From contig MGTY01000022.1 of NCBI GenBank assembly GCA_001799695.1, forward strand, positions 4,031 to 68,030: a DNA stretch of 64,000 nt. The letters are read 5' to 3'. Positions 1-9,396 of the stretch are shown here, one piece after another. Positions within the stretch are counted from its first letter, which is position 1. Each line of letters starts with the position of its first letter. The position numbers and the translations under genes are program-made. The stretch comes from Elusimicrobia bacterium GWA2_69_24. Its GTDB lineage: Bacteria > Elusimicrobiota > Elusimicrobia > UBA1565. A model generated the notes under the pieces. It searched no databases and was not told the origin of the DNA. It worked only from the letters and a program-made list of their open reading frames with translations.

Positions 1-224
1 GGGTCCAGGTGAACGCGATGGCGCCGGGCTGGTTCGTCACCGACATGAACGAGGCGGCTTTCGGCCAGCCGAAGCTCGCCGACCGGCTGCTGCGGGACGT
101 GCCGATGCGGCGCACCGGGCGCCTCGAGGAAATCGGGCCGCTGGCGGTCTACCTGGCGTCGGCCGCGTCGGACTTCATGACGGGCCAGACGATCTTCCTG
201 GACGGGGGGCACTCGGCGGGCTGA
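1..224 (+). CDS. SDR-family oxidoreductase, C-terminal fragment; the 5' end lies outside the window
   Basis: The ORF runs in from the window edge. Its C-terminal sequence ...NAMAPGWFVTDMN...GQTIFLDGGHSAG is typical of a short-chain dehydrogenase C-terminus. Confidence 0.6.
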   Translation, partial: VQVNAMAPGWFVTDMNEAAFGQPKLADRLLRDVPMRRTGRLEEIGPLAVYLASAASDFMTGQTIFLDGGHSAG

Positions 225-298
225 GGGATCGTCGCGGGCACGGAAGGCTAAGCTGTTGGAATACAAAGCTTGCTCCCACTCAGAGCGTCGAGTACAGT

Positions 299-1312
299 GT
301 GCGGCACATGAAGGCCGCCGTGCTCCACGGTCCCCGTGACCTGCGGGTCGAGCCCGCGCGGCAGCCCGCCGTCGGGCCCGAGGAGGTTCTCGTCCGCGTC
401 ACCGCCGCCGGGCTCTGCGGTACCGACTATCGCATCTGGAGCGGCGCCCGACCCGTCGCCTATCCGCGCGTGATGGGGCACGAGGTGGTCGGACGCCTGG
501 AGCAGGTCGGGCGCGACGTCAGCGGCCTCGCTCCGGGCGTGCGGGTCGTCGTGGAGCCCAACTACTCCTGCGGCCAGTGTCACCTCTGCCGCGAGGGCAA
601 CCGCAACCTGTGCCTGGCGCGCACGGCTGTCGGCATCGACGTGGACGGCGGGTTCGCCGAGCTGGTGCGCCTGCCGTCGCGCTGCTGCTGGCCCGCGCCG
701 GCGCACGTCGACGACGAGGACCTCCTGGTGACGGAGCCCCTCGCCGTGGTCGTCCGCGCGGTGAACCGCGGCGCCCCACGGCCCGGTGAGAGCGCCGCGA
801 TCATCGGTGCCGGCACGCTGGGGCTGCTGGCGCTCCAGGTGCTGCGGGCGCGTGGCGTGCGCGTCCTCGTCGTGAGCCGGACGCACCGCCGCTTCGCCCT
901 GGCGCGCGAGCTGGGTGCCGAGCAGACATGGGCGGTCGCCGACGGTGCGCTCGACGCCGCGGCGTGCCGCTTCTCGGGCCGGGAGGGGGTCGACCTGGTC
1001 GTGGAGACTGCCGGCACGGCCGAAGCGGTCGCGCACGCCCTCGAGCTCGTGCGCCCGGGCGGACGGGTCGTGCTGACGGGACTGCCCCACGCGCCCACGC
1101 CCGTCGCCTTCTTCTCCGTCGTCCGCCGCGAGGTGACGATCAGCGGCTCGATGATCTACCAGGACGAGTTTCCCGAGGCGCTCCGGCTGGTCGCCGCGGG
1201 TGTGGTACGGACACGGCCGCTCGTCACCCACCGGTTCGGCCTCGAGAGGATCGCCGACGCCTTCGCCGCGCACGCGGACTCCGCGTCCATCAAGGTAGCG
1301 CTGGAGATCTGA
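299..1312 (+). CDS. Zn-dependent alcohol/polyol dehydrogenase (MDR family)
   Basis: Carries GHEVVG and the structural-zinc motif CGQCHLCREGNRNLC, plus a GAGTLG Rossmann motif. Length is 337 aa. Confidence 0.8.
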   Translation: MRHMKAAVLHGPRDLRVEPARQPAVGPEEVLVRVTAAGLCGTDYRIWSGARPVAYPRVMGHEVVGRLEQVGRDVSGLAPGVRVVVEPNYSCGQCHLCREGNRNLCLARTAVGIDVDGGFAELVRLPSRCCWPAPAHVDDEDLLVTEPLAVVVRAVNRGAPRPGESAAIIGAGTLGLLALQVLRARGVRVLVVSRTHRRFALARELGAEQTWAVADGALDAAACRFSGREGVDLVVETAGTAEAVAHALELVRPGGRVVLTGLPHAPTPVAFFSVVRREVTISGSMIYQDEFPEALRLVAAGVVRTRPLVTHRFGLERIADAFAAHADSASIKVALEI

Positions 1313-2127
1313 TGCCCTACGCGATCATCAACAAGATCCGGATGCACTACGAGGTAAGCGGGGAGGGCGCGCCGCTCCTGCTGATCAACGGGCTCTCGGC
1401 GCCGGCCGCCAACTTCCTCCCGCAGGTGAAGGAGCTCGCGCCTCACTTCCAGGTGATCACGTTCGACAATCGCGGGGTGGGCGAGACCGACCTGCCGCCC
1501 GAGCCTATCTACACGACGGCCCAGATGGCGGACGACGCGGCGGCGCTCCTGCGCCACCTGAGGATCAGGCGGGCCCACGTGCTCGGCACCTCGATGGGCG
1601 GCACGATCGCCCAGGAGCTGGTTCTCCGCCACCCGCGGCTCGTGCGCGCGCTCGTGCTCGCTTGCACCTGGGCGGAGGGGGATGCGCGCTTCCTGCACAC
1701 CATCGAGGCCTGGGTGTCGCTCGCCTACCGCGTGCCGACCGAGGAGCGGTACCGCTACGTTCTCTACCCGTGGATCTTCACGCCGGGGTTCTTCGCGAAG
1801 AAGGAGAACGTCGAGCAGGCGTTCCAGCGCGCGATGGCGTATCCGCACCAGACCAAGGCCGAGGCCATCGAGCGCCAGGCGCGCGGCATCCTCGCCTGGA
1901 ACGGCACGCGCACCAAGCGCCTCCGCGGCATCCGCGTGCCGACGCTCGTGCTCGTCGGCCGGGACGACATCCTGACGCCGCCGGCGCTTTCCCGCGCGCT
2001 CGCCAGGGCGATCGGCCGGCGCGCCCGCCTGAGCGTGCTGCCGGGAGGCCACGGTTTCTTCCTCGAGCAGGCGGACCTGTTCAACCGCGCGGTGCTCCGC
2101 TTCCTGAAGTCGGTCCGCTCGAAGTAG
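1312..2127 (+). CDS. alpha/beta-fold hydrolase
   Basis: ATG at 1312 overlaps the upstream TGA by 1 nt. The HVLGTSMGG nucleophile elbow (GxSxG) is present. The in-frame upstream extension to 928 is R-rich and looks spurious. Confidence 0.75.
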   Translation: MPYAIINKIRMHYEVSGEGAPLLLINGLSAPAANFLPQVKELAPHFQVITFDNRGVGETDLPPEPIYTTAQMADDAAALLRHLRIRRAHVLGTSMGGTIAQELVLRHPRLVRALVLACTWAEGDARFLHTIEAWVSLAYRVPTEERYRYVLYPWIFTPGFFAKKENVEQAFQRAMAYPHQTKAEAIERQARGILAWNGTRTKRLRGIRVPTLVLVGRDDILTPPALSRALARAIGRRARLSVLPGGHGFFLEQADLFNRAVLRFLKSVRSK

Positions 2128-2137
2128 CCGGGGACCC

Positions 2138-2893
2138 ATGAGGCTCGCGGGCAAGCACGCCGTCGTCACGGGCTCGACCAAGGGGATCGGCGCCGGCATC
2201 GCCCGCGCCTTCGTGCGCGAGGGGGCGCTCGTCGTGATCCACTCGCGGAGCGCCGCCGACTGTGCCGCCGTGGCCCGTGAGCTGGGGCCGGCGGCGGTTC
2301 CGATCGCCGCCGACCTGTCGCGCTCGGAGGAGGTACGGCGGCTGGCGCTCGATGCCCTCGGGGCGATGGATGACCGTGTGGATGTCCTGGTCAACAACGC
2401 GGGCCAGCCGCGCGTGGCGCCCTCGGTCGAGCTGCCCGAGGTCGACTACCGCTACACGCTCGACCTGAACCTGAACGCTTACTTCCTGCTGGCCCAGGCG
2501 CTCGGCCGGGGGATGCTCGCGCGGCAGTCGGGCGCGATCATCAACGTGGGCTCGATGAACGGCGCCGTCGCGTTCCCCCAGCGGCTCGCGTACTGCGTGT
2601 CCAAGGCCGGCGTGAACATGCTCACCAGGGTGCTCGCGATCGAGTGGGCGGGGTCGGGCGTGCGCGTGAACTGCATCGCCCCGGGCTACGTCGAGACCCC
2701 GTTCCTGACGGGGCTCTCGGCCAAGGGCATTCTCGACCTCGGGGCGCTCGCGCGCCGGACGCCGCTCGGTCGGCTCGGCACGCCCGAGGAGATCGGCGAG
2801 GCGGCCGTCTTCCTCGCGAGCGACGCGGCGTCGTTCGTCACCGGCGAGGTGCTCACGGTGGACGGCGGCTGGTCCGCCTACGGGTATCTGTAG
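2138..2893 (+). CDS. SDR-family oxidoreductase (3-oxoacyl-ACP reductase-like)
   Basis: TGSTKGIGAGIA Rossmann motif, NNAG, YCVSKAG (YxxxK) catalytic motif. Length 251 aa. Confidence 0.8.
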   Translation: MRLAGKHAVVTGSTKGIGAGIARAFVREGALVVIHSRSAADCAAVARELGPAAVPIAADLSRSEEVRRLALDALGAMDDRVDVLVNNAGQPRVAPSVELPEVDYRYTLDLNLNAYFLLAQALGRGMLARQSGAIINVGSMNGAVAFPQRLAYCVSKAGVNMLTRVLAIEWAGSGVRVNCIAPGYVETPFLTGLSAKGILDLGALARRTPLGRLGTPEEIGEAAVFLASDAASFVTGEVLTVDGGWSAYGYL

Positions 2894-2963
2894 GCCCCGC
2901 GCGGCGGGCCGCTCAGCGGGCGTGAAGGAACCGGGCACACGCGATCCCGTACAGGGGGGTGTC

Positions 2964-2988
2964 GGGGGGAGCGGCGGTCGCTCCCCCC
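2964..2988. terminator. GC-rich hairpin between convergent genes; candidate bidirectional terminator
   Basis: A 10-bp perfect inverted repeat, ggggggagcg and cgctcccccc, with a 5-nt loop, lies between the stop of the SDR (2893) and the stop of the minus-strand gene (2998). Confidence 0.35.
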
Positions 2989-2997
2989 GACGTCGAC

Positions 2998-4629
2998 TCA
3001 GCGGAACGAGCGGGTCAGCTCGACGCGGAGTACTTGATCGAAGCCGTCGTCGCCGGTCCTGAAGCCGCGGTTCTCGACGTGGCCCACGAGGTACTGGGCG
3101 AAGAGCGCATAGCGCTCCCAGAAGCGCCACGACACGTCGGCGCCGCCCCCGATCCGGCGCTGCTGGGGCACGAACTGCCCGGTCGTCGTGCCGATCACCG
3201 CGCGATCGATCTCGAACCCGAGCATCAGATTGTCCCCGAAGCGCTGGGTCAGCCGCGCGTAGTAGTCCGAGCCGTCGTTGCCGATGAAGTGGCCGATGAC
3301 GTGGCCGCGCGTCCAGTAGCCGCTGTAGAACTGGTCGTGCCTGTAGGACAGGCTCGACGTCTTGGCCCACTCGAAGCGCGCGTCGAGGCCTTCCCGGCCG
3401 AACAGGCCGAGCAGGTGCACGCCGAGGAGGCCGCCCGAGGCCTGGCGCTTGGGCAGGATGTTGGCGGTGAACCAGTTGTCGTCGCAGCAGGTGTCGTCCC
3501 AGTAGAACTCGCCGTAGAGACGGAGATCCCGGCTCGGCACGTAGTATCGGTCCACATCGCGGAGCCGGAGGTCGGCGTCGAGGGCGAGGAGGTTGTTGTT
3601 GCGGAAGCGCCGCTCCGGCCCCGTGTGCACATCGCCGGCCGGCGGGTCGAAGAGGATCTTCAGCGTGTCGCCGGCGTCGGGCCGAGGAGGGTCGCTCCCG
3701 CCGAACTGGATCACGCGGCTCAGGCCCAGCTCGAGCCAGCGGAAGGGTGAGGCCGTGGCTCTCATACCCATGAGCTTGGCGTCCGGGTGGTCACGCCGCT
3801 CCTCGTGCTGCCCCAGGAAGAAGAGGAGCTTGGTGGGCCCGACCCACGGGCCGATCCAGGGCACGAGGAAAGGCTCGGCCGCCTGCAGGCGGACCTGATC
3901 GAGCGGGGCGGCGTTGTTCGAGAGGATCAGGGAGCCGCGGAGGCCCGGGCCCCACCAGAGACTGTCGCGACCGACCAGCAGCTCGACGTTCCAGAGCGTG
4001 AGCTTGGCGTAGCCCGTGGCGAGCCGGGCCTGGCCGAAGTCCTCGTTGCGTTGAAGCTCCGGCTGCACGTAGAACGTCAGGAGATCGCCGATCTGCATCC
4101 GGCTCTCGAACGTGCCGAGCGCGTTGGCCCCGTGCTGAAGCGTGTGGCCCTGGTCGTTGATCAGCGAGTAGGTGCGGCTCGCCCAGCCGAAGCCGACCTG
4201 GGCTCGGTCGGCGGGCGTGAACGCGACGAGCGGCGCCGGGGCGGGGGGCGCGGCGGGCTTCACGGCGCCGAGCTGCTCCAGCTCGGGGCGCAGCGCGGTG
4301 ATGAGGCGGTCGAGCACGGGCTCGAGGTCGCGCCGCAGGTTGTAGGCGCCGGCGGCGTCGCCGCGGATCCGCTCGATGGCGCGGGCTACGGTGCGCGCGG
4401 CCTCGATGGGGCTCAGCGGCTTGGTGCTGAGGAGCGTGCGGTCGGCGAAGCCTGCGGTGACGAGCCGCTCGAGGTCGTCGTAGAGCGCATCGCGGTACAC
4501 GGAGAAGCCGCCCCAGTTCTTGAGGGGCACGTTCGCCCGGTCGGCCGCCGCGGCCACGCCCGCACCGGCGAGAGCGCCCTGCGCGAGCGCGACGAGGACG
4601 ACGGCGACGACGGAACGAGCGAGGCGCAT
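2998..4629 (-). CDS. secreted Wzi-like capsule-assembly / outer-membrane protein
   Basis: Internal ATG gives MRLARSVVAVVLVALAQGALAGAG, a signal peptide. The N-terminal region ...LYDDLERLVTAGFADRTLLSTKPLSPIEAARTV resembles the Wzi N-terminus. Roughly 540 aa, aromatic-rich, beta-barrel-like. Confidence 0.5.
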   Translation of the reverse strand: MRLARSVVAVVLVALAQGALAGAGVAAAADRANVPLKNWGGFSVYRDALYDDLERLVTAGFADRTLLSTKPLSPIEAARTVARAIERIRGDAAGAYNLRRDLEPVLDRLITALRPELEQLGAVKPAAPPAPAPLVAFTPADRAQVGFGWASRTYSLINDQGHTLQHGANALGTFESRMQIGDLLTFYVQPELQRNEDFGQARLATGYAKLTLWNVELLVGRDSLWWGPGLRGSLILSNNAAPLDQVRLQAAEPFLVPWIGPWVGPTKLLFFLGQHEERRDHPDAKLMGMRATASPFRWLELGLSRVIQFGGSDPPRPDAGDTLKILFDPPAGDVHTGPERRFRNNNLLALDADLRLRDVDRYYVPSRDLRLYGEFYWDDTCCDDNWFTANILPKRQASGGLLGVHLLGLFGREGLDARFEWAKTSSLSYRHDQFYSGYWTRGHVIGHFIGNDGSDYYARLTQRFGDNLMLGFEIDRAVIGTTTGQFVPQQRRIGGGADVSWRFWERYALFAQYLVGHVENRGFRTGDDGFDQVLRVELTRSFR

Positions 4630-4750
4630 GCGCCTAGGATACGAGCGCGGCGCGCCGCGGCGCGACGGTTTTGGCGACACCCGCCGAGGCCACAGGATGT
4701 GGGCGCCTGGGCGCCGGCCGTGCACAAGGGGTAGGAGGGGCGCTCGCGGG

Positions 4751-5533
4751 TCAGCGCCCGAAGCGGCGCTGGCGCTGCTGGTAGGCGCGCACGGCCCGGA
4801 GGAAATCCACCTGGCGGAACGCGGGCCAGTGGGCGTCGCAGAAGTAGAATTCGCTGTACGCGCTCTGCCAGAGCATGAAACCGGAGAGGCGGATCTCGCC
4901 GCTCGTGCGGATGATCAGGTCCGGGTCGGGCACGTCGGGCGCGTAGAGGTGGCGTGCAATCTCCTCCTGGGTGATCGTGTCGATCAGCGCCGGAACCTCC
5001 TCGCCCTGCTTGAGCTTGTCCCGCAGCATCTCGCGCACGGCGTCGGCGATCTCCTCGCGGCCCCCGTACGCCACGGCGATCAGGAGCGTCATGCCCTGGT
5101 GCTTGGCCGTCGCTGTCTCGGCGGCGCGGATGACGGCGAGCGTCGAGTCCGGCAGCAGCTCGAGCTTGCCGAGCGCTCGCACGCGCACGGCGTGGCGGCG
5201 GATGCGCCCATCCTGGGCGAGGCGCCCGAGCTTCGCCTCGACCGCCGCCAGGATCCCCGAGACCTCGTCGGGCGGGCGCCGGAGGTTCTCCGTCGAAAGC
5301 ACCCAGAGCGAGAGCGTCGGGATGCCCAGCTCGACGCACCAGGCCAGCACCTCGTCGAGCTTGTCGGCGCCGATGCCATAGGCGAGATCGAGGTCGGCCA
5401 GCCCGCGCTCGCGCGCGTAGCGACGGTTGCCGTCCAGGATGATGCCGACGTGGCTGGGCACCGGGCCCCGGCGGATGCGACGAGCCAGGCGCCACGCGTA
5501 GAGGCGGTAGAGCGGGCCCGTCAAGGAAACCAT
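4751..5533 (-). CDS. uppS: undecaprenyl (isoprenyl) diphosphate synthase, cis-prenyltransferase
   Basis: HVGIILDGNRRYA and IRTSGEIRLSGFMLWQSAYSEFYF motifs are characteristic of UppS. Start chosen at MVSLTG; an alternative ATG lies at 5557. Confidence 0.85.
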   Translation of the reverse strand: MVSLTGPLYRLYAWRLARRIRRGPVPSHVGIILDGNRRYARERGLADLDLAYGIGADKLDEVLAWCVELGIPTLSLWVLSTENLRRPPDEVSGILAAVEAKLGRLAQDGRIRRHAVRVRALGKLELLPDSTLAVIRAAETATAKHQGMTLLIAVAYGGREEIADAVREMLRDKLKQGEEVPALIDTITQEEIARHLYAPDVPDPDLIIRTSGEIRLSGFMLWQSAYSEFYFCDAHWPAFRQVDFLRAVRAYQQRQRRFGR

Positions 5534-5574
5534 TGGTGATGTCAGGCAGCTTAACATAAGCTCGGCCGGAACCG

Positions 5575-7131
5575 ATGCAATCGGCCACCCTCGCGGGACT
5601 CGTCGTCCTGGGGCTCGTCTCGGGCGCCGCCGGGATGGTCGGTGTCTACCTCGACACCGCCTGGCACCGCAGCGTCGGCCGCGACTCGTTCTTCATCCTG
5701 CCGCACCTGTTCATCTACGGTGGGGGCCTCGGCGTCTTGGCGGCGGCGCTCGGCGGCATCGCGCTGGCGACGCGCACGCCGGGCGCGGTCGGCGGCCCCG
5801 TCTGGCGGCTCGGGCGCCTCCACCTGCCGGCCGGCTTCAGCGTCACCGCGCTCGGCATCGGCGTCATCATGGCGGCGGCGCCCGTGGACGCCTGGTGGCA
5901 CGCCACCTTCGGCAAGGACGTGCTGATCTGGAGCCCGCCGCACCTGCAGCTCCACCTGGGCGCGGGCATCACGGCGCTCGGGCTCCTCTTCGCCGTCGCC
6001 GCCGAGCGGGGGCGGGGCGTGTTCGCCCGGCCCTGGCTCTGGCGGGCCGCGATGCTCGCCGTGCTCGTGGACCTCGTCCATCGCGGCCACTTCGTGCTCG
6101 CCCACTACACGATGCTCGCGCACTCGCGGACGCCCGACCTCTACCCGTTCCTGGTCGCGCTGCTGGCGCCGGTCGTCCTGGTCGCCGCGGCGCGCGCGGT
6201 CGGCCCGTGGGCGCCGACGCTGGCGTGCCTGGCGTTCCTCGGCGCCGCGTGGCTCATGGATGTGATGCTCCGGCTCATCGACTACGAGCGCTACACGCTC
6301 ACGCCGGTCCTGGCCGTGCCCGCCGCCGCGCTGTCGCTGGTCTTCCAGGTCGCAGGGCGGCGCCGCGGGCGCGCCTGGGTCGCGGTCGGCGCCGCGCTCG
6401 CATTCACCGGCGTCTTCCTCGTGACGGAAGTGGCGTGGATGCGCTGGGGCGTCAGCAGACCGTGGTCGCTCGACCTGCTGCTGGCCGCGCTGCCGCGCAC
6501 GCTCATCGCGGGCGTGGGGAGTGGCTGGGTGGGCTGGGTCGTGGGAGGTTTCCTGCGCGTGGCGGTTGCCCCGACGGGCTCGGGCGCCGCGGCGGCTGAG
6601 TTCGGCGGCCGGGGCCGGGCACGGGCGGCTGCGGCCGGCGCGCTCGCCCTCTCGGTGCTCGGTCTCACGGCGACCTACGCGCCCCAGCGCTACGGCCCGC
6701 CGATGACCGTCGCGGAGCTCAAGCTCGAGCCGGCGCCGGTGTTCCCGTACACGGAGGCGATCTTCTGGAACGCGTTCTTCGCCGCGGGCTGGCCCTTCGC
6801 CGCGGGCGTGGAGGCGCGGAGCGAGGGGATCATCGACGGCCTACCGATGCCCGTGGGCCCCGCGTGGTGCGCGCCCACCGAGGCGGCGCTGGCCACGGCG
6901 CTGCCGGACGTGCGCTTCCGTATGGAGGTGAACGGCACGCCCGTGGACCTCTCGCCGTACCCGCTCGTGCGCCTGCGCTTGCGAGATGGCGCCCACTGTG
7001 CGTGGGTGGGCGTCGCGTCGGCGTCGCAGCGCGCGAGCCAGAACCGCTTCGTCTACACGATCGCGCATCCGGCGGCCGGCGGGCCCGCCACGACGCGGGT
7101 CGAGCTGGGCGTGACCTTCAAAGATCCGTGA
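5575..7131 (+). CDS. polytopic membrane protein with conserved His motifs plus a Cys-containing C-terminal domain; unknown function; paralog A
   Basis: ATG start, about 8 hydrophobic segments. Motifs DTAWHRSVGRDSFF, DAWWH, WSPPHL, HYTML..RTPDLYPFL. The C-terminal roughly 170 aa carries PVGPAWC...NGTPVDL...DGAHCAWVGV. Confidence 0.6.
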   Translation: MQSATLAGLVVLGLVSGAAGMVGVYLDTAWHRSVGRDSFFILPHLFIYGGGLGVLAAALGGIALATRTPGAVGGPVWRLGRLHLPAGFSVTALGIGVIMAAAPVDAWWHATFGKDVLIWSPPHLQLHLGAGITALGLLFAVAAERGRGVFARPWLWRAAMLAVLVDLVHRGHFVLAHYTMLAHSRTPDLYPFLVALLAPVVLVAAARAVGPWAPTLACLAFLGAAWLMDVMLRLIDYERYTLTPVLAVPAAALSLVFQVAGRRRGRAWVAVGAALAFTGVFLVTEVAWMRWGVSRPWSLDLLLAALPRTLIAGVGSGWVGWVVGGFLRVAVAPTGSGAAAAEFGGRGRARAAAAGALALSVLGLTATYAPQRYGPPMTVAELKLEPAPVFPYTEAIFWNAFFAAGWPFAAGVEARSEGIIDGLPMPVGPAWCAPTEAALATALPDVRFRMEVNGTPVDLSPYPLVRLRLRDGAHCAWVGVASASQRASQNRFVYTIAHPAAGGPATTRVELGVTFKDP

Positions 7132-8630
7132 GGGTCCAGGACCCCGTCACGCTCGCCCTGGCGCTCGCGCTCGGCGCGGGCTGGTTCGGGTTTCCCGGCC
7201 TCCTCTGGGACGTCGCCTGGCACCGCTCGATCGGACGGGACACGTTCTTCTCGCCGCCGCACGCCCTCATGTACACGGGCGTCGCCGTGAACGGCCTCGT
7301 CGCGGCGTGGGCCGTGCTGTGGGGCCGGCGTCGCCACGGCGCGCCCGCCGCGTTCGCGCTCGGCGCCGTTGGGTTCCTGCTCGCCCTCGCGGGCGCGGCG
7401 CTCGACGAGTGGTGGCACGGGCACGTCGGCAAGGACGTGAACCTCTGGAGCCCGCCGCACCTGGTCGGCCTCGCCGGCACCGTGCTGATCGCCGTCGGGC
7501 TGATGCTGGCGCTCGCGGCCCACACGCGCTACGCGCGGGGGCCCGGCTGGCTCGTGCCGCGCGTGATCCTGCTCTTCGGCTTCGCCGACCTCGTGCACAA
7601 GGCGATGGTGGCGCTCGACCACTACACGCTCGACCCCTGGGGTCGCACGCCGGACTTCTACCCGTTCCTGCTGGCGCTGCTGTTGCCTGCGGTCTTCCTG
7701 ACGGCTGTGCGTGCCCTGGGCCCCGGCGCCGCCACGGCGGCCGCCGTCGTGTTCACGGCGGAGCACCTCGCGATCAACCTGGTGCTCCAGGCCGCCGGCA
7801 TGCGCACGGCGACGCTGACGCCGATCCCGATCCTGCCCGCGCTGGCCGTGGACCTCGTCGCCGTGGCGTTCGCTGCGCGCGGCGGCGCGGCGCTCGTCGC
7901 GGTGGCGGGCGGACTGGCTTTCGCCCTGACCACGCAGGCGCAGGAGGCGGCGTGGATGGCGTGGGTCGTCGCCCGGCCGTGGCCGCTCGCCGACGTCGTC
8001 GCCGCCGCGCCGCGCGTCGCGCTGGCCGCGACGGGGAGCGCCTGGGCCGGCTGGGCGCTCGGAGGCTTCGTGCGCGGCGCGGGCGCGGGGCGGCCCGCGC
8101 GCGAGGTCTTCGGTAGCGCGGCGCGGGCGAGGGGCGCCGGCGCGGCGATGCTCGTGCTTGCCGCGGCCGGCCTCGCCGCCGCATACCGCCCGTCGCGCGC
8201 CGAGCCCCCGGCGAGCCTGGCCGCGCTCGCGCTCGCGCCCGACACGGGCTTCGACCATCGCGACGCCGTGTTCTGGGAGCCACTCCTGCCCGACGGCTGG
8301 CGCGCGCCCGGCGCGCACGCGGCGTACCAGGAGGCCATCGTCGATGGTCGCGGGATTCCCGTGGGCCCGACCTGGTGCGGGAAGGACGAGGCCGCGCTGG
8401 GCCGCGAGCTGGCGACGGTGCGCGTCGCGCTCGCGATCAACGGCGAGGCCGTGGACCTCCGGCACTACCCGCGCACGCGTCGGCGAACGCGCGACGGCTC
8501 CGTGTGCGAGTGGGTCGGTGTCTCCGTGACGGCGCCGCGCCCGGGCTTCCAGGCGCTCGTCTACACCGTGGAACGCGACGGGGCCGCCCCGTCGCGGGTG
8601 ACGGTGCGGCTCAGGGTGAAGGAGCCCTGA
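7128..8630 (+). CDS. paralog B of the upstream His-motif membrane protein
   Basis: GTG at 7128 overlaps the TGA of paralog A (GTGA). It repeats the same motifs (DVAWHRSIGRDTFF, DEWWH, WSPPHL, HYTL, PDFYPFL) and the C-terminal PVGPTWC...NGEAVDL...DGSVCEWVGV. Confidence 0.6.
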   Translation: MRVQDPVTLALALALGAGWFGFPGLLWDVAWHRSIGRDTFFSPPHALMYTGVAVNGLVAAWAVLWGRRRHGAPAAFALGAVGFLLALAGAALDEWWHGHVGKDVNLWSPPHLVGLAGTVLIAVGLMLALAAHTRYARGPGWLVPRVILLFGFADLVHKAMVALDHYTLDPWGRTPDFYPFLLALLLPAVFLTAVRALGPGAATAAAVVFTAEHLAINLVLQAAGMRTATLTPIPILPALAVDLVAVAFAARGGAALVAVAGGLAFALTTQAQEAAWMAWVVARPWPLADVVAAAPRVALAATGSAWAGWALGGFVRGAGAGRPAREVFGSAARARGAGAAMLVLAAAGLAAAYRPSRAEPPASLAALALAPDTGFDHRDAVFWEPLLPDGWRAPGAHAAYQEAIVDGRGIPVGPTWCGKDEAALGRELATVRVALAINGEAVDLRHYPRTRRRTRDGSVCEWVGVSVTAPRPGFQALVYTVERDGAAPSRVTVRLRVKEP

Positions 8631-8675
8631 CCCGGGGCGGAATTTCTCGGTGCCGGCCGGCGGCGCTGTACGACA

Positions 8676-9074
8676 ATGATCGGCATGGTCAGTCGGGCCG
8701 CCGACTGGTTCAGGCAGGCCGAGCGTGACCTGGCACAGGCGGAGGATTCGCGCCGGGCCGGGCGCCACGAGTGGGTCTGTTTCGCCGCCCACCAGGCGGG
8801 GGAGAAGGCCGTGAAGGCCCTGCATCTGCACCTGGGGCAGGAGGCGTGGGGCCATGTCGTCGCGAAGCTGCTCCGCGATCTTCCGGCTTCGGCAGGAGTT
8901 CCGAGCACGCTGGTCGAGCAGGGGCAAGTGCTCGACACGTTCTACATCCCGTCGCGCTACCCGAACAGTCATCCCGAAGGCGCGCCGTTCGAGCACTACG
9001 GCCCGCTTCAGAGCGAGGAGGCGTTGCGCTTTGCCGGTGCGATCATTGAGTTCGTCCGTCGTCGTCTGGCCTGA
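8676..9074 (+). CDS. HEPN-domain protein (HEPN/MNT module)
   Basis: 132 aa helical protein with AAHQAGEKAVKALHL and a C-terminal YIPSRY motif, typical of HEPN. Confidence 0.7.
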   Translation: MIGMVSRAADWFRQAERDLAQAEDSRRAGRHEWVCFAAHQAGEKAVKALHLHLGQEAWGHVVAKLLRDLPASAGVPSTLVEQGQVLDTFYIPSRYPNSHPEGAPFEHYGPLQSEEALRFAGAIIEFVRRRLA

Positions 9075-9396
9075 CCGGCCGACGGTCGAGTCCGCGCTCC
9101 GTCGCTGGGCCAGGGAAGCGGCTCGGGCTCGGCCAGAGATCCGCCGCGTCGGCTACTTTGGCTCTTACGCGCGCGGCGATTGGGGGGTCGGGAGCGATCT
9201 GGACGTCGTGCTCGTCGTGGCGTACGCCGACCTGCCATTCCGGCGGCGCGCGGCCTTATGGGATCTTACCTCACTGCCGGTGCCTGCCGACGTGCTCGTG
9301 TACACCGAGGAGGAATGGCGGGGCCTCGACCCGCAGAGCCGCTTCGCGCGCGTACTCGCCAAGGAGGTTGTCTGGGTGTGGGTCAGGGGGTCTTGA
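9037..9396 (+). CDS. MNT-type nucleotidyltransferase domain protein, partner of the HEPN protein
   Basis: Pol-beta nucleotidyltransferase motif GYFGSYARGDWGVGSDLDVVLV. No ATG; likely GTG 9037 or TTG 9046. Overlaps the HEPN gene. Confidence 0.6.
   Translation: MRSLSSSVVVWPDRPTVESALRRWAREAARARPEIRRVGYFGSYARGDWGVGSDLDVVLVVAYADLPFRRRAALWDLTSLPVPADVLVYTEEEWRGLDPQSRFARVLAKEVVWVWVRGS

Noticed and set aside
928-1311. In-frame upstream extension of the alpha/beta hydrolase ORF
   Set aside because: The extension is R/G-rich and overlaps the ADH gene. The ATG at 1312 with a 1-nt stop overlap gives a normal hydrolase N-terminus.
7053-8996. 647-aa minus-strand ORF antisense to membrane paralog B
   Set aside because: Extremely Arg/Gly/Pro-rich and low-complexity with no domain motifs. 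It is antisense to a gene with clear paralog conservation. This is a typical high-GC artefact.
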